NCBI GenBank assembly: GCA_943356375.1
Contig: CALRET010000002.1
Coordinates: 1 to 40,304 of the forward strand
Source: Candidatus Nomurabacteria bacterium
GTDB taxonomy: Bacteria > Patescibacteriota > Minisyncoccia > Phycocordibacterales > UBA9973
Direction: 5' to 3'
Length of the DNA stretch: 40,304 bases
In this document: positions 33,582 through 40,304 of the stretch, piece after piece
How positions within the stretch are numbered: position 1 is the first letter of the stretch
Layout of the letters: the number at the start of each line of letters is the position of its first letter
Notes under the pieces: generated by a model
Databases searched by the model: none
What the model was told of the DNA's origin: nothing
Seen by the model: the letters and a program-made list of their open reading frames with translations, nothing else
Translations under genes and position numbers: made by a program

Positions 33582-35291
33582 TTATCGATCTGGTGGAAGA
33601 TCATAATAATTAATTAAAAATTTTGCTGTCTCCATGAATGTTGGGAGAAGTGATTGCGATGCATACTGGACTCCTTTTGGGTTCACATTATACAAAAAAA
33701 CAAGAAACTGTGGATCATATGCAGGAAAATATCCAAAAAATGAATGCAGATGCCGATCATCATAATAGCCACCACCAGTTGGAAGTGCAATCTGAGCGGT
33801 TCCTGTTTTTGCAGCAACGCTATAATTTTCAAGTTTTATCTTTCCATTCCCATACCCATCATCAAGCACGGTCACGAGCATGGTGGTAATTGCATCACTC
33901 GTCTCTTCAGAAAGTACCCGAGTTCCCACTGGCCATTCCATTGCTATCTTAGAGCCATCTTCATCGATAACTTCTTTAATCAAATGAGGGGTAATCAATA
34001 CTCCTCCGTTTGCAAGAACGGAGAAAGCTCGAACTGCAGCGACCGGAGTGAGAGCAATCCCTTGTCCAAATGACGCTGTAGCAGCTTCAACCATTCCACC
34101 CTTTTTAAGATTCGACACAAGACTTGTCGTTTCATTCGGAAGATCGATTCCTGTTTTCTCACCAATACCATAAGAAAGCATGTATCTAAAAAATTGCTCT
34201 TGCCCCAATAGTTGCATACTATATACCATTCCTGTATTAAGGGATTGATTGAGCACTTCTTGCATAGAAACTTTTCCACGCGCCTTCCTATCAAAATTAT
34301 TTATAACCTTATCTCGTACTTGCACAAACCCTTTATCAATATATTCTGTATCTTTCGAAAGCACCCCTGCATCAATCGCTGCTGCCATTGCGAGCGGTTT
34401 AATGACTGACCCAAATTCAAATACATTTTCGACAAATGGATTTGAGAATATTCTAGGATCTTCAACTTGAGAAAAATCATTGAGATCAAAATGAGGAATT
34501 GCTGCCATTGCGTATATCTCACCTGTTTTTGGATTTATAATAATTGCACCAACAGAATCAGATTGATATGCTTCTCCAACTTTATCAATTTCTTTTTCAA
34601 TAAATGATTGAACTATCGGTTCTATAGTGGTCACAATATCTCCTTCTTTCTTCTTAGATTCAAACAGTGAGTCAGTAATATTAGAAAAAACTTCGGCAAA
34701 AAAGTTTACATACAGATTATCTCCCTGTTTTGAAAGTAAGTCATTGTATTGTCGCTCAAGCCCATATCGCCCAGAGAAATCATCTCCTTTAAAAGCAACA
34801 AAACCTAGTGCATGCGCCGCAAGTGTGCCACCTGGATAAAAACGCCATTTTTCTCGTACCATACGAACACCGGGTAGCTTTAATTCTTGTATTTTATCCG
34901 CATTTTCTTTGGTAATATGGGTGGCGATTTCTTCATATGGATCACTTTTCTTGTTCGCACGCATAGTATACATCTCTTGATCAATAGGGATAATTCCGGA
35001 TAATGCTGCATAAGTATCTTCTATTGAAATTAATTGTGCGGGAATAATTGCGAGACGGAACCCGGTGATTACCGACGCTGCTGAGATCTGTGATTCGTCT
35101 TTAGTAGAGAAAAAAATATTTCCACGATCAAATATATCTTTTGCAGATACTACATACTGAGTTTCAGCTTCTTCGGTATATGATTTCCCGTGGATCACTT
35201 GCACATAAAAAAGTTTTGCCACCATAACAATGGCAGCAAAAATAATACAAACAGATATAACAACGATACGTGATTTAAAATTATAATTCAT
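33582..35291 (-). CDS. ftsI: penicillin-binding protein 2/3-type transpeptidase (FtsI-like)
   Basis: N-terminal TM anchor and PBP dimerisation domain. Active-site triad motifs are GSVIKP (SxxK), NQSLNTG (SxN) and AKTGTA (KTG). It occupies the dcw position after the ftsL-like gene. Confidence 0.85.
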   Translation of the reverse strand: MNYNFKSRIVVISVCIIFAAIVMVAKLFYVQVIHGKSYTEEAETQYVVSAKDIFDRGNIFFSTKDESQISAASVITGFRLAIIPAQLISIEDTYAALSGIIPIDQEMYTMRANKKSDPYEEIATHITKENADKIQELKLPGVRMVREKWRFYPGGTLAAHALGFVAFKGDDFSGRYGLERQYNDLLSKQGDNLYVNFFAEVFSNITDSLFESKKKEGDIVTTIEPIVQSFIEKEIDKVGEAYQSDSVGAIIINPKTGEIYAMAAIPHFDLNDFSQVEDPRIFSNPFVENVFEFGSVIKPLAMAAAIDAGVLSKDTEYIDKGFVQVRDKVINNFDRKARGKVSMQEVLNQSLNTGMVYSMQLLGQEQFFRYMLSYGIGEKTGIDLPNETTSLVSNLKKGGMVEAATASFGQGIALTPVAAVRAFSVLANGGVLITPHLIKEVIDEDGSKIAMEWPVGTRVLSEETSDAITTMLVTVLDDGYGNGKIKLENYSVAAKTGTAQIALPTGGGYYDDRHLHSFFGYFPAYDPQFLVFLYNVNPKGVQYASQSLLPTFMETAKFLINYYDLPPDR

Positions 35292-35622
35292 TGTTTGAAA
35301 GCACAGAAAGCATACGGGGTGTTTCTATACGAGAAGCAAATGCCTGTGGGCTGACATCAATAAAACCCCGTTCATGTGCAAGTGCCAATGTTACTGTGCT
35401 TGATTTTGATAGATAATCAAGCTCAAGTGAACTAATGTAGGACATAAGAACCTGTGAATCATTCTCGAGCTCTTTTCTTTCAATCACTGAAAATGTCGTC
35501 TGTCCAACAACATACACATACATACACATACATACAACAAAAGCCGCACAAATAGTCTTAAATATCTTTGCCTCAAGTTCCCCTCCGGTTATTCGTACTG
35601 TTTGTGATAATAGATTTTGCAT
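35281..35622 (-). CDS. FtsL-like single-pass cell-division protein (positional call)
   Basis: 113 aa with one TM helix (ICAAFVVCMCMYVYVV) followed by a short helical region. It sits between rsmH and ftsI, as ftsL does in dcw clusters. Confidence 0.45.
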   Translation of the reverse strand: MQNLLSQTVRITGGELEAKIFKTICAAFVVCMCMYVYVVGQTTFSVIERKELENDSQVLMSYISSLELDYLSKSSTVTLALAHERGFIDVSPQAFASRIETPRMLSVLSNNEL

Positions 35623-35625
35623 ATT

Positions 35626-36525
35626 TTACAATTTCGTAATAATTCTCAACTTTGCGCTCCGTGCACGTGGATTACTGTGTGTTTCTTCCTCTGTCGGAAC
35701 AATAGGCTTTTTAGTAACTAATTCCCCATTACCCAGCTCTACTTGTTTTTTAAAAAAATGTTTAACAATCCTATCTTCTAAACTATGAAATGAAATGATG
35801 AATAGTTGCCCTCCTGGCTTAAGTAGTGCGAATGCTTTTTCTATTCCATCGGTGAGTGCGCCTAATTCATCATTGACTGCGATACGGAGTGCTTGAAATG
35901 TTCTAGTTGCTGGATGAAGGCGTCCATATCGATATGGTGCAGGAACAGCAGACTTGATAATTCCTACTAATTGCCCAGTTGTCTCAATAGGATTTAAAGC
36001 GCGAGATTCAACAATCCTTCGCGCAATTCTTTTCGCATAGCGCTCTTCGCCAAAACCAGTAAGTATTGCTGCAATATTTTCTTCATCCCAACTATTCACA
36101 ATATCGCGCGCCGTTGTATCATCTGGTCCCGGTGAATCTTTAAGTGTCATAACCAATGGGTCGTCATTTTTAAATGAAAACCCGCGACGATCATCGTCTA
36201 ATTGAAATGAACTCACTCCGAGATCAAGAAGTATCGCTTGTGGAGCAGAAAATCCTAATTTCAGGTACTCAATACCCATGTGCCTAAAATTACTGTGTAT
36301 AATTTCAGGAACACAACCAGCAAACGTGATAGCATCCTTTGCGCGTTCTGTTGCCGCGAAGTCTGCATCAAAGCCTACGATTGATATACCGGGAAACTTC
36401 TTACACACCGCACTCGCATGTCCTCCAGCACCCAATGTGCCATCGATATACACATCTCCATCCGAAAGACGAAGATGCAATAAAATTTCGTTTAAAAGGA
36501 CCGGAATATGCATATTAGAGAACAC
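35626..36525 (-). CDS. rsmH: 16S rRNA (cytosine1402-N4)-methyltransferase RsmH (MraW)
   Basis: HIPVLLNEIL, DGTLGAGGHA, DLGVSSFQLD and SFHSLEDRIVK. Confidence 0.9.
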   Translation of the reverse strand: MFSNMHIPVLLNEILLHLRLSDGDVYIDGTLGAGGHASAVCKKFPGISIVGFDADFAATERAKDAITFAGCVPEIIHSNFRHMGIEYLKLGFSAPQAILLDLGVSSFQLDDDRRGFSFKNDDPLVMTLKDSPGPDDTTARDIVNSWDEENIAAILTGFGEERYAKRIARRIVESRALNPIETTGQLVGIIKSAVPAPYRYGRLHPATRTFQALRIAVNDELGALTDGIEKAFALLKPGGQLFIISFHSLEDRIVKHFFKKQVELGNGELVTKKPIVPTEEETHSNPRARSAKLRIITKL

Positions 36526-36952
36526 CCACTTGCCCTAATTTTTCAGCAAGCGCGTCCGCTCCTTTGTCGACTACTTTCTTGTACTCTGCCCATACGCCAT
36601 CGTTCCAAATTTCAACCCTGCTTTGTACACCAATGAGCGCAACTTTTGAAGTTGTGAGATTGGCATACTCTTTTAAAAAATCTGGAACAAGAATTCGGCC
36701 TGCACCATCGACATCAACTTCGACAGCGCCACCAAACATAAAACGGTTAAAACTTCGAGTATCAGCTTGGAGGAGCGAATTCTCCGAAAGCTTCTCTGAA
36801 ATTTTTTGCCATTCTTTCATCGTGAAAATAAATACACATCGATCGAGACCTGGGGCAAGGACAATTGCCTTACCCATTTCTTTGCGAAATTTTACCGGCA
36901 AAGAAACTCTATTTTTCTCGTCTACTGTGTGAATATATTCTCCGATTAACAT
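36515..36952 (-). CDS. mraZ: transcriptional regulator MraZ
   Basis: 145 aa with two DxxxR motifs (DEKNRVSLP, DGAGRILVP). It is the first gene of the dcw cluster. Confidence 0.9.
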   Translation of the reverse strand: MLIGEYIHTVDEKNRVSLPVKFRKEMGKAIVLAPGLDRCVFIFTMKEWQKISEKLSENSLLQADTRSFNRFMFGGAVEVDVDGAGRILVPDFLKEYANLTTSKVALIGVQSRVEIWNDGVWAEYKKVVDKGADALAEKLGQVGVL

Positions 36953-36994
36953 ATGTTTTTGTGAGAAAAGAAATCAAGACAAAATTGTTTTAGT

Positions 36995-37060
36995 CCCACT
37001 CTATCCCACTGCAATACATTGTACTCCACTTTATCCCACACGACTAGTTTAATTACCCAC
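36995..37060 (-). promoter_or_regulatory. array of five GTGG(G/A) boxes (candidate MraZ operator) over the mraZ promoter region
   Basis: Plus-strand CCCAC/TCCAC at 36995, 37005, 37025, 37035 and 37056, with spacings of 10, 20, 10 and 21 nt (helical phasing). A TACAAT -10 candidate at 37018-37023 lies among them. Confidence 0.6.
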
Positions 37061-37065
37061 TTTTC

Positions 37066-37074
37066 TGTGGATAA
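37066..37074 (-). promoter_or_regulatory. single perfect DnaA-box 9-mer (TTATCCACA)
   Basis: The plus strand reads TGTGGATAA at 37066-37074. It is an isolated box and there is no oriC-like cluster. Confidence 0.3.
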
Positions 37075-37136
37075 CGAGGTACTTGTATGAAATACAAAAC
37101 TAATGTATACTCTTGTCAAACAGATCTTTAAATCCA

Positions 37137-37319
37137 ATGAAAAAAAACGAACAAAACAAAGAACAGCAGATTCCAAATCAAGACTTTAAACCTGATAAAT
37201 ATGGCTATCTGGTTGAAAAAAACCTTTTAAATGAAGATCAGCGAAAACTGACCATTCAAAGCGTAGGTTTCGATACGACCACGAAACGTGAAATTTATGG
37301 AATTTTCTGTTCAAAATGA
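37137..37319 (+). CDS. hypothetical 60-aa protein
   Basis: MKKNEQNKEQQIPNQ.... The promoter TTGTAT-17-TATACT (37084-37111) lies upstream and a perfect terminator follows immediately. The track start at 37113 is a TTG abutting the -10. Confidence 0.4.
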   Translation: MKKNEQNKEQQIPNQDFKPDKYGYLVEKNLLNEDQRKLTIQSVGFDTTTKREIYGIFCSK

Positions 37320-37346
37320 AAAAAGCGGACAATTGTCCGCTTTTTA
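37318..37346. terminator. bidirectional rho-independent terminator
   Basis: AAAAAGCGGACAATTGTCCGCTTTTT, a perfect palindrome. Confidence 0.8.
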
Positions 37347-37362
37347 TAATACCCTTATACTT

Positions 37363-37998
37363 TTATATCTCCTTAGAATCTGTCATTGGTACCCAATGAA
37401 AACAGGTGGTTTTACTCTTCTGAACTTCACAATACCCTTCCGGAACATACTGTTTGGGTGACAAAATAATCAGATATTTATGCATCGGATATTCTGTAGT
37501 TAATCCGGCAAAACTTCCAGCGGTTTTTTCATCTTTTTCAGCGTTCGAATCAACACCCATTGGACTGATTTCTTGTGGAGTACCAGAGGTTCCTAATTCC
37601 TCTTCCAATGTCCGTTGAATCGAATCATTATCTGGTTCTTCATAGGTCTTCAATTTTTCACTGACTGATGCCCACTTCATTCGCACTCTCCCACGACCAT
37701 CATCATGAAAATACTGGTGCTGTTCTCTGAGAACCAATTTGCCCTTTTGTGGATCAGTATACGTAACTAAAAAACCAAGCACCCGGAGTTTGCGGATAAG
37801 CTGACCACCACGCTCAACAAGTTCCGAATCATTTGTTTGAGTCTCTTTAAATAAATCTTGAATCGTTTTTGATCCATGTGAACTATTACCGCCCCACGAT
37901 TGATACTCTATCTTATATTTTTCAAGTAATGTCTCAAGTTCTGCTTCAGATTTGATTTCAATCTTCTTTTCGGATTGGCGACGTGATTCGATGGTCAT
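37363..37998 (-). CDS. hypothetical protein with a degenerate Nudix-box-like motif
   Basis: 211 aa. K-x5-E-x7-RTLEEELGT approximates the Nudix box G-x5-E-x7-REUxEExGU, with the first G and the RE position substituted. Confidence 0.35.
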   Translation of the reverse strand: MTIESRRQSEKKIEIKSEAELETLLEKYKIEYQSWGGNSSHGSKTIQDLFKETQTNDSELVERGGQLIRKLRVLGFLVTYTDPQKGKLVLREQHQYFHDDGRGRVRMKWASVSEKLKTYEEPDNDSIQRTLEEELGTSGTPQEISPMGVDSNAEKDEKTAGSFAGLTTEYPMHKYLIILSPKQYVPEGYCEVQKSKTTCFHWVPMTDSKEI

Positions 37999-38002
37999 AG
38001 AA

Positions 38003-39469
38003 TTATAACTCCATGTCTTTCGGCTTCACAAATGGAAAGAGTTGTGTTTCTCGGATCGGCTTGTTGACCAAAAATGCAAAAAGTCGTTCACCATACGCAA
38101 AGCCAAATGCTGGCGGCATACCATGTTCGAGCATTTCAACGAATTCAAAATCTGGCATCATCGCTTCATCATCTCCTGCAGCAATCAATTTTTTCTGCTC
38201 TTCAAATCGTGCACGCTGATCAATCGGATCATTGAGCTCTGAAAAACCATTGAATACTTCAGCCCCACCCAAAATAAGCTGGCATCGTTCAACAATTTCT
38301 GGTTTATCTGGACATGATTTTGCAAGTGGAGAAACCAATTTAGGGTGATGGATCAACCATACTGGTCCCGCAATTTGCTTGCGACAAAACTTCCATAATG
38401 TGTCAGTTAACCGTTCGCGATTTTCTCCTTCATAAGTTACTCCGAGCTCAGTAAGTTTTGATTTCATCTCTTCAAGTGTTGCAGTCAAAACATTAATCCC
38501 TGTTTCTTTTTCAACATATGGAACATATTCAATGACTGGCCAGTTTGGTTCAAGGTCAACAATGAATTGTTTGATAGTGAATTTCAATGTTCCAAAAGTC
38601 TCAACAACAACGGTCTTTAACATCCGTTCAGTAAATTCCATCCCTTCTCTATAATCCATATATGCCGCATAAAATTCATGGTTGGTGAATTCTTGCAAGT
38701 GTTCAGGACTTGAACCTTCATTTCGATACACACGACCTATTTCAAATATACGCGGAAACCCAGCAGCAAGTAATCGCTTTTGCCATAATTCTCCAACAGA
38801 AATACGAAGATACACATCCATATCATAATCATTATGGTGTGTTTTAAATGGTCGAGCTTCTGCACCGCCAGTAGTAGTTTCCAATGTTGGTGTTTCTACC
38901 TCAAGAAACCCCTCATCTTTCAAAAAGTTTCGTGTCGTTTCCCAGAATTTTGCTTTCAATTCAAAAAGTTTTCTTAGTTCCGGATCCATGAGAATATCTA
39001 AATATCGCTTACGATAGCGTTCTTCAACATCTTGAAGTCCATGCCATTTTTCAGGAAGTGGTGCGAGACTTTTTGTAAGCATACGCCAACTCTTTACTAG
39101 TATTGTTTTTTCGCCAGTTTTTGTCGTAAAAAAAGTTCCAGAATATTCAAGGAAATCTCCAATATCAACCGTATCGGCAAATAATGAAAATTGTTCATCA
39201 GAAAGTTCACCTTTTTTCACGAGTGCTTGAAATGTTCCTGTACCATCCATAATATTTGAAAACATAATCGCTCCCTGTCCGCGAAGCGCCATAATACGAC
39301 CAACAATTTTTTTCTCTTCTCCTCCTGTTGCAAGATTTTCGAAGTGTGCAATAACATCCTTAATCCATAAATCGCGCTTCGAAATAGCCGTGTATGGATT
39401 CATACCGACAGCACTCAATTTATTCATTTTTTCCATGCGCACTGCGCGAATTTCATCTAGAGAAGCCAT
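38003..39469 (-). CDS. lysS: lysine--tRNA ligase, class II
   Basis: 488 aa with an N-terminal OB fold. Class II motifs include FEIGRVYRNEG and a GFAYGERL-type motif 3 region, with typical LysRS length and layout. Confidence 0.9.
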   Translation of the reverse strand: MASLDEIRAVRMEKMNKLSAVGMNPYTAISKRDLWIKDVIAHFENLATGGEEKKIVGRIMALRGQGAIMFSNIMDGTGTFQALVKKGELSDEQFSLFADTVDIGDFLEYSGTFFTTKTGEKTILVKSWRMLTKSLAPLPEKWHGLQDVEERYRKRYLDILMDPELRKLFELKAKFWETTRNFLKDEGFLEVETPTLETTTGGAEARPFKTHHNDYDMDVYLRISVGELWQKRLLAAGFPRIFEIGRVYRNEGSSPEHLQEFTNHEFYAAYMDYREGMEFTERMLKTVVVETFGTLKFTIKQFIVDLEPNWPVIEYVPYVEKETGINVLTATLEEMKSKLTELGVTYEGENRERLTDTLWKFCRKQIAGPVWLIHHPKLVSPLAKSCPDKPEIVERCQLILGGAEVFNGFSELNDPIDQRARFEEQKKLIAAGDDEAMMPDFEFVEMLEHGMPPAFGFAYGERLFAFLVNKPIRETQLFPFVKPKDMEL

Positions 39470-39476
39470 GAGAATT

Positions 39477-39506
39477 AGGTTTTAGGTTCAAGTTGCTAGG
39501 TTATAG
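39477..39506. repeat. CTAG-heptad element, copy D (degenerate, inverted relative to A-C)
   Basis: AGGTTTTAGGTTCAAGTTGCTAGGTTATAG, 25/30 identical to the reverse complement of copy B. NTAG/NAAG recurs at a 7-nt period (39482, 39489, 39496, 39503). Confidence 0.6.
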
Positions 39507-39540
39507 TAAATACGAACACAATCAGTATAACGTATTTGTC

Positions 39541-39580
39541 TTATAAATAAAAGAAAGAGCGGTCAAGCCGCTCTTTCTTT
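39541..39580 (-). terminator. rho-independent terminator of greA
   Basis: AAGAAAGAGCGG-cttga-CCGCTCTTTCTT followed by TTATTTAT in minus sense. Confidence 0.8.
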
Positions 39581-39586
39581 TATTTT

Positions 39587-39616
39587 CTAGAAACTAGAAC
39601 CTAGTCCCTAACACCT
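39587..39616. repeat. CTAG-heptad element, copy C
   Basis: CTAGAAACTAGAACCTAGTCCCTAACACCT, with CTAG at 39587, 39594 and 39601 and CTAA at 39608. It lies between the greA stop and its terminator. Confidence 0.7.
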
Positions 39617-39620
39617 TTCC

Positions 39621-40091
39621 CTACGCTACATCAGTAACACTGTATTCGATTGGGCCACGAGGGGTTACCACAGATACAATGTCACCTTTCTTCTTTCCAA
39701 AAAGTATTTCACCCATAGGAGAACGATTTGAAATTTTGTTCTTAGTCATATCAGATTCTTCTGATCCAACTATTTGATAGGTTGTTTTTTCAGATGAGCC
39801 TTTTTTTGAAACAGTCACCGTTGAACCAATCTCAATGATTGCCCCATGTGCTTTCTTATCCATAACAACTGCATTTCGGAGAATGTGTTCGATTTGACCG
39901 ATTCTTTCTTCAAGTTTTCCTTGTTCCTCACGAGCAGAATGATACTCAGCATTCTCAGACAAATCGCCGAGCGATTTTGCAAACTCCAAACTATCTAAAA
40001 TTTCCTTACGTTTTGTTGTCTTTAACGTCTCAAGTTCAGCGAGTAATGCCTTCTTCTTTTCTGTTGTAATATAATCTAATTCTTTATTCAT
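39621..40091 (-). CDS. greA: transcription elongation factor GreA
   Basis: About 156 aa from MNKELDYITTEKKKALLAELETL.... It has an N-terminal coiled coil with DLSENAEYHSAREEQ and a C-terminal ISNRSPMGEILFGKKKGD. TATAAT ends 7 nt before this ATG. Confidence 0.88.
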   Translation of the reverse strand: MNKELDYITTEKKKALLAELETLKTTKRKEILDSLEFAKSLGDLSENAEYHSAREEQGKLEERIGQIEHILRNAVVMDKKAHGAIIEIGSTVTVSKKGSSEKTTYQIVGSEESDMTKNKISNRSPMGEILFGKKKGDIVSVVTPRGPIEYSVTDVA

Positions 40092-40169
40092 TGATATGAT
40101 TATATAAAAAAAAATGTCATACGTCAAATATCACTTCTCTTGTAAGATTTTTTAGAAATCCGTCAAGAA

Positions 40170-40304
40170 TTATTCTGTAGTCAAATACTCCGGAGTGTTC
40201 ATGCGCATATATTCAAAAAATACACGCATAACATTTGATGCACCGAGTGTATTAGTCGACGCAGCATTTTCCATTAACACAACGAAGGCGTATTTGGGTT
40301 TTTC
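40170..40304 (-). CDS. 3' end of a gene running off the window (penicillin-binding-protein/transpeptidase-like tail)
   Basis: An open frame from the window edge reads EKPKYAFVVLMENAASTNTLGASNVMRVFFEYMRMNTPEYLTTE*. The ...YAFVVLMEN... pattern resembles the end of PBP transpeptidase domains. Only 44 codons are visible. Confidence 0.35.
   Translation of the reverse strand, partial: EKPKYAFVVLMENAASTNTLGASNVMRVFFEYMRMNTPEYLTTE

Noticed and set aside
36946-37176. 76-aa minus-strand ORF upstream of mraZ.
   Set aside because: It runs through the phased GTGGG box array, the -10 candidates of both divergent promoters and the DnaA box. It overlaps the mraZ start and has no recognisable protein features.
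1-40304. Looked for CRISPR arrays, transposase/integrase/recombinase genes, reverse transcriptase (retron/DGR), toxin-antitoxin pairs and tRNA/rRNA genes.
   Set aside because: None were found. There are no regularly spaced 25-40-nt direct repeats, no ORF with DDE, tyrosine/serine recombinase or RT motifs, and no tRNA-like T-arm/acceptor sequences outside coding regions.

Overview
The window is an AT-rich, very gene-dense bacterial chromosome segment with most genes on the minus strand. All calls come from reading the sequence and recognising motifs; no database search was run.

**Housekeeping content**
- Five aminoacyl-tRNA synthetases: aspS, trpS, cysS, argS, lysS.
- dnaB, recR, rplU, dnaJ, purA, greA, corA.
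- An MsbA-like ABC exporter, an M16 peptidase and a PIF1/RecD-like helicase.
- The start of a dcw cluster: mraZ, rsmH, an ftsL-like gene and ftsI.

Small genes, short intergenic gaps, widespread leaderless-looking starts and near absence of Shine-Dalgarno sites suggest a reduced genome, possibly CPR/Patescibacteria-like. That assignment is inference only.

**Accessory-looking stretch (about 14-25 kb)**
- An orphan histidine kinase, a PurD-like ATP-grasp and an EamA exporter.
- A 26-codon peptide gene followed by an MdnC/RimK-like ATP-grasp.
- An alpha/beta hydrolase, a frameshifted methyltransferase, an AstE/AspA-type deacylase, a dipeptide-epimerase-like enolase, a GNAT, a fold-II PLP enzyme and an arginase-family enzyme.
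- Next to these, argS sits between the arginase-family gene and a SpeA-like decarboxylase.

**Signals most worth a second look**
1. A ~760-bp ORF-free island (7193-7952) holds two near-consensus promoters. Each drives an ORF-poor transcript that ends in an identical 34-bp terminator module, so these are candidate novel sRNAs.
2. The SD-led Lys-rich 26-aa peptide, a hairpin and an ATP-grasp form a RiPP-like layout, but the peptide has no Asp or Glu.
3. A dispersed 30-nt element made of CTAG at an exact 7-nt period occurs four times.
4. A 52-nt element that can fold into alternative hairpins follows the stop codons of both dnaB and rplU.
5. A T-box leader precedes aspS, with a GAC specifier candidate in a terminal loop.

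No CRISPR array, transposase, integrase, tRNA or rRNA gene was seen.
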